A DNA stretch of 62,925 nucleotides, filler included, from Coriobacteriales bacterium (GTDB lineage Bacteria; Actinomycetota; Coriobacteriia; Coriobacteriales; UBA8131), in assembly GCA_031263105.1 (NCBI GenBank). It is 5 parts of 5 records of this genome, joined end to end, with 100 filler letters (N's around TTAATTAATTAA, not from the genome) between each part and the next. Parts side by side here need not be neighbours in the genome. Positions count along the whole stretch, not along the records: positions 19,360 to 42,458 come from JAISGJ010000194.1; positions 42,559 to 48,667 come from JAISGJ010000041.1; 3 more parts are not named here. One strand, given 5' to 3'. The notes below the pieces were generated by a model. It ran no database searches and had not been told where the DNA came from. It saw only the letters and a list, made by a program, of their open reading frames with translations. Numbering within the stretch: the stretch's first letter is position 1; the number at the start of each line of letters is the position of its first letter. The translations under genes were made by a program, and so were the position numbers. Below are positions 37,339 to 47,059 of this stretch, in pieces.

Positions 37339-38556
37339 ATGAGCGGACCAAAGGGAGCAAACTACAGAGTCATCTCAGCTGCTGAGCAGGAGCGCAGGCG
37401 CAACGAGGAGCTCTGCGCACAGTGCCGCGCCCTCTTGGCAAAAGTCGTTGAGGAGTACGAGAGTGCGCAGAACACGGATGGGGAAGCAATCGCACGACAA
37501 CTGGAGCCGTCCAAGAAAACCGCCCAGACACTGGCGAAGTGGCAACAGGAGCTAGAGTATATGCACCAGACAGCGAAGGCTGCCGCCGCCGCCAAGCAGC
37601 AGGAACGCAGACAGAAGCTATTGGAGAAAGCGTTTGCAGACAACGCCAGGCACGTCGTCAGACTTGGAGTAACGGAATCGAAGAGGCCAAAGGCTGCAAG
37701 CAGTACCAAGCCTGCTAACAAGAATGCAGTTAGACAAAGCACAGACGCAGAAGCGCTGAAGCAAATCCACGCGAGCATAGAGAAGGCACTGTCTCTGGCT
37801 GCGGACATCGAAGCAGACAGTGTGTGCGCCCAGTTAGGGGCAGAGAGCGCCCGCATCTACCAAATCGAGGACGCCTCTATCGCCAGGGCGAGCCTGTCCG
37901 TATTTGAGTCACAAGTGGAGAAGGCTCTGCGTCAACAGCGACAGCAACGCCATCTCGCCGAGCAGAAAAGCGAAATAGCCCTCTCGCTTTCTCATCTGAA
38001 CAACGATACGGCCAAAGAGATAATCTCTGGCCTGGGCACTGCCTCCGATGCTACAGCGGTTGCCGCACTGGCTGTACGGGCTTCAGGCTTACTGGAGACG
38101 GACAGTCGTGAGCAGGATGCCGCATACGTTGCCAAACAAATAGCCGAGGTGCTAAGCGAGATGGATGGCTACTCAGCCTACGGCGAAGCAGCTACCGACG
38201 ACAGCAATACGATTGTTGTTCAGCGCGCGGATTTGACCGACTGCGTACTGCGCATACGCATCGATTCTGAGCGTAGCGCAGTATTTACGAATGTTGAATA
38301 CACTGCTACAAGTGGCCGCATCAAAGCCAAAGACAGAGAAGCGGCCATTTGCCCAGACATCACAGAACTTCAAGAGCGAATGACTAAAAACGGCATAGAG
38401 ACCGAGTGGATTTTTCGTCAAGAGCCTGGTGCGGTGCCGATGAAGGAGCTTGTCGCCGCCAAAACAGCAGACAAAGCACAAACACGGGCAACAAAGCGAA
38501 AGAAGAAGGGAAAGCTTGAACAATTGGAATTAGGAAGGGGTTTGAAAAATGGCTAA
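37339..38556 (+). CDS. Hypothetical coiled-coil protein (MSGPK N-terminus), first gene of the AAA/radical SAM/kinase operon
   Basis: Ala/Gln/Glu/Lys-rich helical protein with a small alpha/beta C-terminal region; overlaps the next gene by 8 nt. Confidence 0.8.
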   Translation: MSGPKGANYRVISAAEQERRRNEELCAQCRALLAKVVEEYESAQNTDGEAIARQLEPSKKTAQTLAKWQQELEYMHQTAKAAAAAKQQERRQKLLEKAFADNARHVVRLGVTESKRPKAASSTKPANKNAVRQSTDAEALKQIHASIEKALSLAADIEADSVCAQLGAESARIYQIEDASIARASLSVFESQVEKALRQQRQQRHLAEQKSEIALSLSHLNNDTAKEIISGLGTASDATAVAALAVRASGLLETDSREQDAAYVAKQIAEVLSEMDGYSAYGEAATDDSNTIVVQRADLTDCVLRIRIDSERSAVFTNVEYTATSGRIKAKDREAAICPDITELQERMTKNGIETEWIFRQEPGAVPMKELVAAKTADKAQTRATKRKKKGKLEQLELGRGLKNG

Positions 38557-40474
38557 GAACCAAAATAATATTGCTGCTGAAGTTGATGAGGTGGACGACA
38601 AACTGCCACTGTGGTTACAAAATATCCACACCGCGCTTCCGCACATCTCTCAGTTTATCCTGCATGGTTCTATCCGTGATGTAATCCCGCAATACGACGA
38701 AAATGGGAAATACACGGGTTTCATTGATGTAAAGACAGCGATTGCCGACCTCTTGACAGCAAACGGATTCGATGCCGTGCTGGAATACTGCGTCCCCGAC
38801 ATGCTGGTAATCCGCAGTTTGTCGGATGAACGCTATTCACTAGAGGAAATAGACGACTACCTGTGCAAGACTTGTTCGTTGCCAAAGTCTGAAAAGATCG
38901 GAGTAATAACCACTGAGTGGTTTGAGTCACTCGACAAAGTCACCGCCGAAATTGGCAGCATGATGCGCGAAAGGGATTTGCCGCGCCTGAGCCTGGTCGT
39001 TGACTACGCGTCACAGGCACATGAGGTCTCAGAAATGCATCCCGCAATCGACAGATTGATGATCGCCTGTTTGAAGCATGTGCACGAGTCAGGAGAGCTT
39101 CTGCATGACGGCTATCGGAAAGTCTCGTTGCGCCACCCTGTCTTTTGGCTCGTGGACAAGCCCAATGATCTACCGGGGTGGATGCTTACAGGTGACGGCA
39201 TTCGTCAGGTACCTATACTCTACCCCGATTTAGATGAACGCACGAGAATCGCGCGTGCCGCATTGCAGGCTTCCCTTGGTGTCGAAGCTGTTGATGAGGA
39301 GACTGTAAGACGCTTTGCTGGGGTCTCGGAAGGACTGAGCATCAGAAGCATTTTGGGAATAAACAAACTTGTGATAGCCGGTGATGTCAGTTCTGAGCGG
39401 GTAGTTGAGTCGGCACGGCAATTCCGGCTGGGCATCACCGAGAACCCTTGGCAGAAACCGGAGCTTCGGGAGCGGATCAAGAATGGCAGAGAAGTGTTGG
39501 CAAGCCGGGTCTATGGACAGGAAAGAGCGATAGAGAAAAGCCTCGATATCCTCATCCGCTCGGCATTGAACATGACCCATGCCCATTCTAAAGACGGGGG
39601 CACCGGTCCGCGTGGTGTGCTGTTCTTCGCCGGAGCAACCGGCGTGGGCAAAACGGAGCTGGCAAAACAACTTGCCGAATTGATCTTCGGTACCACAGAG
39701 CGGATTATCCGCTTCGATATGAGCGAGTTCGCTCAGGAACACACTGAAGCGCGTCTGCTCGGAGCTCCTCCAAGTTACATCGGCCACGGTGCTGGCGGTG
39801 AGTTGACCAACGCCATTCGTAGACAACCGCATTCTGTCGTCCTGTTTGACGAGATCGAGAAGGCTCATCCGGCGATCTTGGATAAGTTCCTGCAGGTTCT
39901 TTCTGACGGGCGCCTTACAGATGGCAGTGGCGACACGGTGTTCTTCACGGAGTCAATCATAATATTTACCTCGAACAAGGGTGCCGAGAACGCTCAGTAT
40001 ATTATCGAGGACATCTCAACGCAGAAACCAGACGGAGAGGCGCTTTCTCAGAAGCTTAATGAGTATGAGAGAGTGATTCGTGAGTCAGTTGTGGATTACT
40101 TCACCGGCACAGGGGAAAGTCAGCTGGGGCGTCCTGAGTTGCTTGGACGGATTGGTGAGAGCAACATCATCGTGTTCAACCCTATAGCCACAGAGATTGC
40201 AGAGGCAATTGCCGGTAATGGCATTAACAATGTCGTCATTAACATTCTGAAGCAGCTTAAATGCCAAATCACATTCAGCGATGAGGCGCTGAAGCAGAGC
40301 ATGGGCTTCGCAACGTCCGATCTGTCCAAGGGCGGACGAGGTATTCAGAATGCCCTCAAAGACGTGCTCGTCCGCCCGTTGGCACATATCCTGTTCGTGA
40401 ATGAAGGAATTGAGGAGTTGCACATACGCTCCGTTGCGCGCATCGATGCCGACACCTTCGAGCTGGAAGTTTGA
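38549..40474 (+). CDS. AAA+ ATPase with a ClpA/ClpB D2-type module and a divergent N-terminal region
   Basis: RVYGQERA, Walker A GATGVGKTELAK, RFDMSEF, LLGAPPSYIG, Walker B VVLFDEIEKAH, DGRLTD, RPELLGRI; no D1 Walker A or Clp-N domain seen. Confidence 0.9.
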   Translation: MAKNQNNIAAEVDEVDDKLPLWLQNIHTALPHISQFILHGSIRDVIPQYDENGKYTGFIDVKTAIADLLTANGFDAVLEYCVPDMLVIRSLSDERYSLEEIDDYLCKTCSLPKSEKIGVITTEWFESLDKVTAEIGSMMRERDLPRLSLVVDYASQAHEVSEMHPAIDRLMIACLKHVHESGELLHDGYRKVSLRHPVFWLVDKPNDLPGWMLTGDGIRQVPILYPDLDERTRIARAALQASLGVEAVDEETVRRFAGVSEGLSIRSILGINKLVIAGDVSSERVVESARQFRLGITENPWQKPELRERIKNGREVLASRVYGQERAIEKSLDILIRSALNMTHAHSKDGGTGPRGVLFFAGATGVGKTELAKQLAELIFGTTERIIRFDMSEFAQEHTEARLLGAPPSYIGHGAGGELTNAIRRQPHSVVLFDEIEKAHPAILDKFLQVLSDGRLTDGSGDTVFFTESIIIFTSNKGAENAQYIIEDISTQKPDGEALSQKLNEYERVIRESVVDYFTGTGESQLGRPELLGRIGESNIIVFNPIATEIAEAIAGNGINNVVINILKQLKCQITFSDEALKQSMGFATSDLSKGGRGIQNALKDVLVRPLAHILFVNEGIEELHIRSVARIDADTFELEV

Positions 40475-40477
40475 CCG

Positions 40478-41158
40478 ATGCAAATCGAGGTCGCGCGCGT
40501 TCTGTCGCCAGTTGAGAGTTTGGGCCCCGGCAAGCGTCTGGCACTCTGGCTGCAGGGCTGTGCCATTGCCCAAGCGGGTTCGCCTTGTGGCGGCTGTATA
40601 TCGCGTGACCTTTGGGTCTCCGGCCACGGTCGTTGCCTTGATACTTATGATTTTGGCAGAGAGGTCACAGAAAGAGTGCACAGCGAAGAATTGTCTGGCT
40701 TAACGGTGACCGGCGGTGAACCTTTGGATCAATACGATGCCTTGTTGGCACTGGTCGGTGCTGTAAAAAGCGAGCTGCTGTCCGATCATGATTCTTATGG
40801 TCAAAGCAATACATTCGACCTCTTACTCTTTACGCACTACACGCAGTCAGAGATTGCTACAGGCTTTCCCGACATTATGGAGGCATTCGATGCCATGGTT
40901 TGTGGGGAGTACCGAGCCGACTTGCCCTCGGAGACCCCTTTGATTGGTAGCACCAACCAGGAGTTGATCGTCAAGCCGATAGTTGCCAACAAATATAGCA
41001 CGCTCAGCCAACAACCCCGCTTGCAGGCATTCGTCGTGGAGGGGGACGTCCTCTTCACAGGCATCCCTTTGACCGGCGAGGTCGAGGCAATAGCGCATCG
41101 CCTTGAGTCAAGAGGCGTAACATTCGAATCAGTCTCATGGAAGGGAGCCCAGCCGTGA
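40478..41158 (+). CDS. NrdG-like radical SAM / 4Fe-4S single-cluster protein
   Basis: LGPGKR..LWLQGC..CGGC, GLTVTGGEPLDQ, D.MVCG.Y, GSTNQ. Confidence 0.85.
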   Translation: MQIEVARVLSPVESLGPGKRLALWLQGCAIAQAGSPCGGCISRDLWVSGHGRCLDTYDFGREVTERVHSEELSGLTVTGGEPLDQYDALLALVGAVKSELLSDHDSYGQSNTFDLLLFTHYTQSEIATGFPDIMEAFDAMVCGEYRADLPSETPLIGSTNQELIVKPIVANKYSTLSQQPRLQAFVVEGDVLFTGIPLTGEVEAIAHRLESRGVTFESVSWKGAQP

Positions 41159-42458
41159 AGGAGTGCCCTGCTTGCGGCCGCGAGGTCACTGACGGGACGG
41201 CGCTCTGCCCGGGGTGCGGGGCGTCGCTGCGGAAGGACTCAGGACCCGGCGCGTCGCGCAGGCGCGACGGGGAGGACCTGGCGCCCTGCCCCGTCTGCGG
41301 CGACCTGGGCGTCCCCGGTGCGGCCTGCAGAGTTTGTCCCCAAGGCGAATACGGAGCCCCTGTTCAACCGGTGACACCTCCGAATGACAACAACGCCTTC
41401 GTACCCAGGCGCCTGGCAGACGACTATGAGTTCGTACGCTATCTTGGCGAAGGCGCCCAGGCCCGCGTAAGCCTGCTGCGCAACAGAAGAAACGGCAATC
41501 AGGTGGTCTTGAAAAGATACCACCGCCTAGAGGCCATACTGGATACTGCTGCTGTGGCCAAGCTGCGGGGAGACGGACTGTCTGGCGACGAATCCAAGGA
41601 ACTGGGCAGGCACGTGCTGCGGATACTGGGCTACAGCGACTCTTACGGCGACAACTGGGAGTTGCAGGAATACTGCGAACAGGGCACCTTGCACGACGTT
41701 TTGGCAGCAGCACCGAACAGGCGTCTAGCCCCTGAAAGTTTGAAAGGCGTCATCAGGGAACTGAGCCAAGCTATCGCCTTCATCCATTCTCTTGATGTCA
41801 TCCACAGGGACTTGAAGCCCTCAAACGTTCTCGTACGCACGGCTGCCCCGTTGGATCTTGTGTTCGCAGACTTCGGAACTGCCAAAGAGCAGCAACTGTC
41901 GCATGACCGGGTCTCTAACGTAGAGGGTACTTATGCCTATCTGCCACCCGAGGCATATCTCGGGGAAACAGGAAGGACGCTTGACTGGTGGGCGCTTGGC
42001 ATGATTGTCTTTGAGGCCTGTACAGGACACCATATCCTCAGCAGAGACGATGACAAGTTTCCAAGTGATGCGGAGATAATGTATACCGTCAGCAAAGGTG
42101 CTTACAGGGTGCGGCTAGATGAGATCGATGACGAACGCACTCATAATCTTGTCGAAGGCCTATTGCTCATGAATAGCGAAAACCGCTGGGGTAGCGCACA
42201 GGTCTCGGATTGGCTTGACGGCTACAACCCTCCAATCGTTCGCGATGCGACACCTGAGCCAAAAGACTTCACAACTAACTGGGCATTTTACGTAGAGGGG
42301 ATTGCAGATCAAGTCGCCACGCCAGATGACCTGAACTTACTGCTCAAAGGGCACTGGGAGCATGCCGACGCCCTGTTCGTGCAGATGCCCGACGAGTTCG
42401 CGGCATGGCTGGAGAGCGACGGGGCCTACGCCGAGATCGCCAAGGCCGCCCGGAGCCG
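41155..42458 (+). CDS. Hanks-type Ser/Thr protein kinase with N-terminal double zinc ribbon (truncated at contig end)
   Basis: CPAC, CPGC, CPVC, CRVC; LGEGAQA, VLK, HRDLKPSN, DFG, GTYAYLPPE, DWWALG; GTGA overlap with the upstream stop. Confidence 0.9.
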
Positions 42459-42558
42459 NNNNNNNNNNNNNNNNNNNNNNNNNNNNNNNNNNNNNNNNNN
42501 NNTTAATTAATTAANNNNNNNNNNNNNNNNNNNNNNNNNNNNNNNNNNNNNNNNNNNN
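42459..42558. other. Artificial contig-joining linker
   Basis: N44-TTAATTAATTAA-N44. Confidence 0.97.
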
Positions 42559-42663
42559 GGCGGCAGGGGGGGCGGGGGGGCAGGGGGGCCGGGGGCGGCA
42601 GGGGGGTGTCTGTGGAGGGTATGGGCTGTAACGGTCAACCTTTGGCCCATGCGCCCCACCCTC

Positions 42664-45003
42664 TCATTCGCTCACCAGCGCATAGGCGGAGATTTTGCGG
42701 ATGCGTGAGGCGACGAGCAGGGCGAAGGCATAGGACAGCACGAGCAGGCCGGCACAGACGGCCACGGTCAGCGGAACCGGCGCGGGCAAGGATGCCGTCA
42801 TTATCCCCATGCCTTTTGTGAGCGCCACGAAGACGGAGTTGAACCCGACTATGCCCAGAAGCCCGCCCGCCGCGATGCCCGCCGCTATCACGGGGATGAA
42901 GTACAGCGCAAACTGGTTCATGAGCTGCATGGTGGTGAAGCCCAGGGCCTTCTGGATGCCGAGCTCCCGCCTGCGCCGCAGGATCACGGTTTTCAGCATG
43001 AGGTACAGGGTCAGGAAGATCACCAGTGCGGTCACTGCCACCAGCACGACCGCCACGGTGAAGAAGATGTTGCCGTACATCGAGACCTGTGCATCCAACG
43101 CCTCTTGGATGTTGACGGTGCTTTCCAGCTCTTCCGCGAAGCCCGTGCTGACGGAATCCACGAATCCGGCGGCCTCCGCGTTGTCCGTCAGATAGACGTA
43201 CAGCCAGCGCGGCTCATAGCCGGGCTGTATGCGACGGATGCCGGGGATGGTCATGGCAACGGCCATCCCGTTGCTGTTCACCGTCTGGATGAGCCCTACC
43301 ACCAGATAGTCGGCGGCCTTGTTGCCCTGCGCCACCTCGACGGCGCTCCCTAGGGCGAAGCCCTCCATCGCAGCCAGGGTCCCGCTGACGCAAAGCTCGT
43401 TGTCGTGCCTGGGGTAGCGTCCCTCGTACAGCAGCGACCCCTCGAGCAGGCCGAAGTCCTCGGCGACGATGTCGGTGACCTCCCTGTCGTCGATCATCAC
43501 GAGGGCACTCTGATAATAGAACACCTTGCGCGCCTCGCCCGTGCCTTCGATGGCGTCCCTCACGCGCACGGCGTCCTGCGAATCCTTGACGAAGAACGCG
43601 GCATCGGGCATCTCGCCGCTCAACAGCCTCGCGAACATGTCGGGGTTGAGGCCGAGGTTGCTATATACGGCGAGTCCAGCGGCCGCTGCGAAGCTCACCG
43701 CCGTCACGATGATGAATATCATCACCGCCTGCCCCTTTGCCTGCACGGCGGCTTTGGCCGCCAGCAACAGGGACAGCGGGCCACGGGAGCGGTCGAGCGG
43801 AAAGCGGTTCTTCCTGAAGCTGTGGGTCGCAAGCCCTTGCCGCAGGGCGGCAAGCGGTTGCAGGTTGCGTATCCTGCGGGCGGACAGCCACGTGACGGCC
43901 AGCACCGCCAGAAGGATCGATGCGAAGGCCAGAAGGCTTGTCGTCGCGTCGAAGCCCTGGCGCCACGGAAGCGCCGTCTGCTGCTCCAATATATGGGAGA
44001 CCGCCGGCAGCACCGCGTAGGAGAGCCCGATGCCCGCCAGAACACCGACGAGCGCAATCAGGAGAAACTGCAACACCGTCGCCCACAGGAGCTGCCGCCC
44101 GGTGTAGCCCACCGCTTTGAGCGCTCCGACGTTCTCCATGCCCTCCTCGATGCTGTTGCGTATCCTGAACCTGACGACGAGCAGGCTGACCAGGACGATA
44201 AGGGACGCGAAGACCACCAGTATGCTCGACGTCACGCCGGACATCAGGGTGCGCATACGTTTGGCGCTGCTCCAGTTCATCGAGATGACGTAGCGGGAGC
44301 CGTCGCTCTCGGAGACGAACTCCTTGGCGCAGTCAGCGTGCAGCGCCTCGCTCTTGGCAGGGTCGTTGAGCCGCGCGCGCAGAAGGACGCACTCGGCCCC
44401 GGGCGCCAAGGCAAGGAGGGCGTCGTAGCCCAAGGAGGACAGGTACAGCTGGAACAGCTGGTTGTTGAACGAGCCGAACAGTATCTCCTCGGTGAAGCCG
44501 CTGACCTTGAAGGTAAGGGCCCTGCCCCCGACGTTCGTCGTGAAGTCGTCGCCGATGCCGTAGCCGCCTCCGGCCTTGAACAGGTACGGCAGGCAGATGT
44601 CCTTGTCGCCGACCGGGGCCTCGCCCTCGACAAGCGTCAGGTCGTTCATGGAGCGGCGCGTGCCCGCGTCGAGGAAGACGAGGTAGGCGGGCGCTTTCCC
44701 GCCGCCGTAGGAGATGTCGGTGAAAAACGACACGGCCTGCTCGTGTTCGACCTCGGTCACCCCCTCATGGTCGCGCAGGTACTCCTCCTGCGCCGACGTG
44801 TAGAGCCCCGTTTCCTCGACCAGCGCGTAATGGGGCGCGTGAAGGGCCTCGCTGCGCCTGTCGAAGAAGTCTCCGAAATCCAGCATGAGGAGCAGTCCGA
44901 GGCTGAGGAGCAGCGCAGCGATCAACGTGAACACGAGCAGGCTGATCGCCTGGCCCTTGCCCTTGCGCAGGTTTGCCGCTATGACGGGCATGATGTTCCT
45001 CAT
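42664..45003 (-). CDS. FtsX-like ABC exporter permease (duplicated FtsX domains)
   Basis: GALKAVGYT and ELGIQKALGFT repeats, GRYPRHDNE, large extracellular loops. Confidence 0.9.
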   Translation of the reverse strand: MRNIMPVIAANLRKGKGQAISLLVFTLIAALLLSLGLLLMLDFGDFFDRRSEALHAPHYALVEETGLYTSAQEEYLRDHEGVTEVEHEQAVSFFTDISYGGGKAPAYLVFLDAGTRRSMNDLTLVEGEAPVGDKDICLPYLFKAGGGYGIGDDFTTNVGGRALTFKVSGFTEEILFGSFNNQLFQLYLSSLGYDALLALAPGAECVLLRARLNDPAKSEALHADCAKEFVSESDGSRYVISMNWSSAKRMRTLMSGVTSSILVVFASLIVLVSLLVVRFRIRNSIEEGMENVGALKAVGYTGRQLLWATVLQFLLIALVGVLAGIGLSYAVLPAVSHILEQQTALPWRQGFDATTSLLAFASILLAVLAVTWLSARRIRNLQPLAALRQGLATHSFRKNRFPLDRSRGPLSLLLAAKAAVQAKGQAVMIFIIVTAVSFAAAAGLAVYSNLGLNPDMFARLLSGEMPDAAFFVKDSQDAVRVRDAIEGTGEARKVFYYQSALVMIDDREVTDIVAEDFGLLEGSLLYEGRYPRHDNELCVSGTLAAMEGFALGSAVEVAQGNKAADYLVVGLIQTVNSNGMAVAMTIPGIRRIQPGYEPRWLYVYLTDNAEAAGFVDSVSTGFAEELESTVNIQEALDAQVSMYGNIFFTVAVVLVAVTALVIFLTLYLMLKTVILRRRRELGIQKALGFTTMQLMNQFALYFIPVIAAGIAAGGLLGIVGFNSVFVALTKGMGIMTASLPAPVPLTVAVCAGLLVLSYAFALLVASRIRKISAYALVSE

Positions 45004-45065
45004 GTTGACGACCTATCCTTTCGGGGGTTGACAGGGGTGACAGGTGACGTTTCCTTTGTCAAGCC

Positions 45066-45824
45066 TCACCACCCCATCTCCACGAGGAAGCCCCGCAGCC
45101 TTTCCCGCCGGGCCGCGTCCTCATGCGTGTACGCGCCGAGCCCGCATTCCCCGCAGACCACGCCGTCCCTCAGGTACAGCACCCGGTTCCCACGCAGGGC
45201 GGACGTCACATCGTGCGTCACGATGACGATGCTCTGCCCGTTTTGGTTCGTCTCCGTCAGCAGGTCCAGCACCGCCTCGCCGGAGGAGGAGTCGAGGGCC
45301 CCCGTGGGCTCGTCGGCGAAGAGCATGGCAGGGCCGTTGATGAGCCCGCGCACCAGTGCGCCCCGTTGCGCCTGCCCGCCCGAGAGCTGGGCGGGGAACT
45401 TGCGGCAGTCCTGCTCTGAGAGCCCCACCTGCGCAAACAGGCCTCGCGCCCGCGAGGCGACCTCCTTGCGGCTCCTGCTCACAAGAAGCCCGCTTGCCAT
45501 CACGTTGTCCATCAGGCTCATGTTGTCGCACAGGTATATCTGCTGGAAGACGAAGCCGCAGTTCCTGCGCCGAAACAGCGCCAACCTGTCGCTGCTCAGC
45601 CCCGATATCCTCTCGCCCCCGAACACGATCTCGCCGAGCGTCGGCGTGTCCATGCCGGAGAGCGCGTACAGCAGGGTCGACTTCCCGGAGCCGGACGGCC
45701 CCATGACGACCGTGAAGTCCCCGTTGCGGATCTCCAGGTCGAGGTTGCGCAGGACATGCTGCTGCACTCCTCCTGTGGAGAAGGTCTTGCAGAGCTTCTG
45801 TGTGACAATGATGTTCTCGGTCAT
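45066..45824 (-). CDS. ABC transporter ATP-binding protein
   Basis: GPSGSGKST, LSGGQAQR, FADEPTGALD, VTHD. Confidence 0.95.
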   Translation of the reverse strand: MTENIIVTQKLCKTFSTGGVQQHVLRNLDLEIRNGDFTVVMGPSGSGKSTLLYALSGMDTPTLGEIVFGGERISGLSSDRLALFRRRNCGFVFQQIYLCDNMSLMDNVMASGLLVSRSRKEVASRARGLFAQVGLSEQDCRKFPAQLSGGQAQRGALVRGLINGPAMLFADEPTGALDSSSGEAVLDLLTETNQNGQSIVIVTHDVTSALRGNRVLYLRDGVVCGECGLGAYTHEDAARRERLRGFLVEMGW

Positions 45825-45883
45825 GGGACATGCCCCCTCAAAGGTCAGAGCCGTACCTTCGGCTCACGGCCCCATTGTGCCAT

Positions 45884-45929
45884 GCCGTTCCTTAACCGGT
45901 CTTGAGCCGTTCCTTAACCAATCCTTAAA
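45884..45929 (-). promoter_or_regulatory. Direct-repeat site, probable OmpR-family regulator binding region
   Basis: CTTAA/CTTGA at 45891, 45901, 45913 and 45924 (10-12 bp period) upstream of the ABC exporter. Confidence 0.45.
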
Positions 45930-45973
45930 TCTGACCCCCCACCCCCCCCCCCCCCCCCCCCTGCCACCTCGGG

Positions 45974-46555
45974 CCCCACTGCCGTCGCCCGAGCCCCACT
46001 GCCGTCGCCCGAGCCCCCACTGCCGTCGCCCGAGCCCCACTGTCATCCCAAGCCCCACTGCCATCCCGGGCCCCCACTGCCATCCCGAGCCCCACTGTCA
46101 TCCCGAGCCCCACTGTCATCCCGGGCCCCACTGCCATCCCGGGCCCCACTGCCATCCCGGGCCCCACTGTCATCCCGAGCCTGCCGAGGGATCCTCGGCT
46201 GCGAAGCAGCCGACCGCAGGTCGAAGGATTCTCCGGCTGCGATCGGTCGCTTCGCGTTCCGTGGGCCTGTCGGTTCCATGGGCCCACCCGCTCAGGGGCT
46301 CATACGCTTAAGGGCTCATACGCTTAGGGGCTCACCCGCTGCTTCGCAGCTTCGCCCGGAAACAGCCCACTGGGCTGTTTCCCAGTCCGCTGGACTGTCG
46401 CGCCGTCCGCGCTGAAAACGCGGTGCGTTTTCCGGGCGCTCGGACCCAAGGATCCCTCGGCAGGCTCGGGATGACAGTGGGGGCTCGGGATGACAGTGGG
46501 GGCTCGGGATGACAGTGGGGGCTCGGGATGACAGTGGGGGCTCGGGATGACAGTG
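45974..46555. repeat. Long palindromic element (46162-46482) flanked on both sides by tandem arrays of its 18-20-bp end
   Basis: 33-bp perfect TIR CCCCACTGTCATCCCGAGCCTGCCGAGGGATCC; about 10 left and 4 right terminal units; internal 16-bp duplication GGGCTCATACGCTTA. Confidence 0.9.
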
Positions 46556-46669
46556 AGATGTCCGTGGAGGGTGTGACCAGTAACTGTTCTCGTCCACAAC
46601 AAAAGAGGCACTGAGTCGGCGCCTTCCTCAATGACCTGCCATACTTAACCTAGCCTGCGGAGCGTCCCC

Positions 46670-47008
46670 TCACACCGCTATGTCCCCCTTCTCGTCGGTG
46701 CGGATGCGGATGACCTCGTCGACGGGGAGCACGAATATCTTGCCGTCGCCGACCTGGCCGGTGCGGGCGGTCTCGGCGATGATGGCCACGATCTCGTCCA
46801 CCTTGCCGTCCGGCACCACGACCTCGAACTTCACCTTGGGCAGGGTGTTGACGATGACCTCGCTGCCACGGTAGTACTCCTTCCAGCCGTGCTGGTTGCC
46901 GCAGCCGCTGACCTCGTAGATGGACATCCCGGTTATCTCTGCCGCGAACAGTGCCTCTTTGAGCGGCTCCAGCTTCGAGGGACGGACGATGGCCTCGATC
47001 TTCTTCAT
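46670..47008 (-). CDS. glnK: P-II nitrogen regulatory protein
   Basis: 112 aa; MKKIEAIVRP, T-loop YRGSE, LPKVK, TGQVGDGKIFV; downstream of amtB. Confidence 0.93.
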   Translation of the reverse strand: MKKIEAIVRPSKLEPLKEALFAAEITGMSIYEVSGCGNQHGWKEYYRGSEVIVNTLPKVKFEVVVPDGKVDEIVAIIAETARTGQVGDGKIFVLPVDEVIRIRTDEKGDIAV

Positions 47009-47059
47009 GGTTGATTCCTCTCTCTGCTAATCGCATGGTCTAGGAAGCGCCGATTGCTG

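Noticed and set aside
38549..40474. Housekeeping ClpB/ClpC or T6SS ClpV
   Set aside because: No Clp-N domain or intact D1 ATPase, and no secretion-system genes; only the D2 module is recognisable
40478..41158. Bona fide nrdG of anaerobic ribonucleotide reductase
   Set aside because: No nrdD adjacent, altered Cys spacing, and embedded in a kinase/AAA operon
45935..45961. Poly-C tract (and G-rich 42559-42606) as a phase-variation or G-quadruplex element
   Set aside because: Lies next to repeat arrays or a contig end where homopolymer and sequencing errors are likely; cannot be supported without reads
45974..46555. CRISPR array (also considered at 1-127, 24412-24537, 48936-49095 and 60960-61063)
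   Set aside because: Units are head-to-tail with no unique spacers, derive from the palindrome ends, and no cas genes are present
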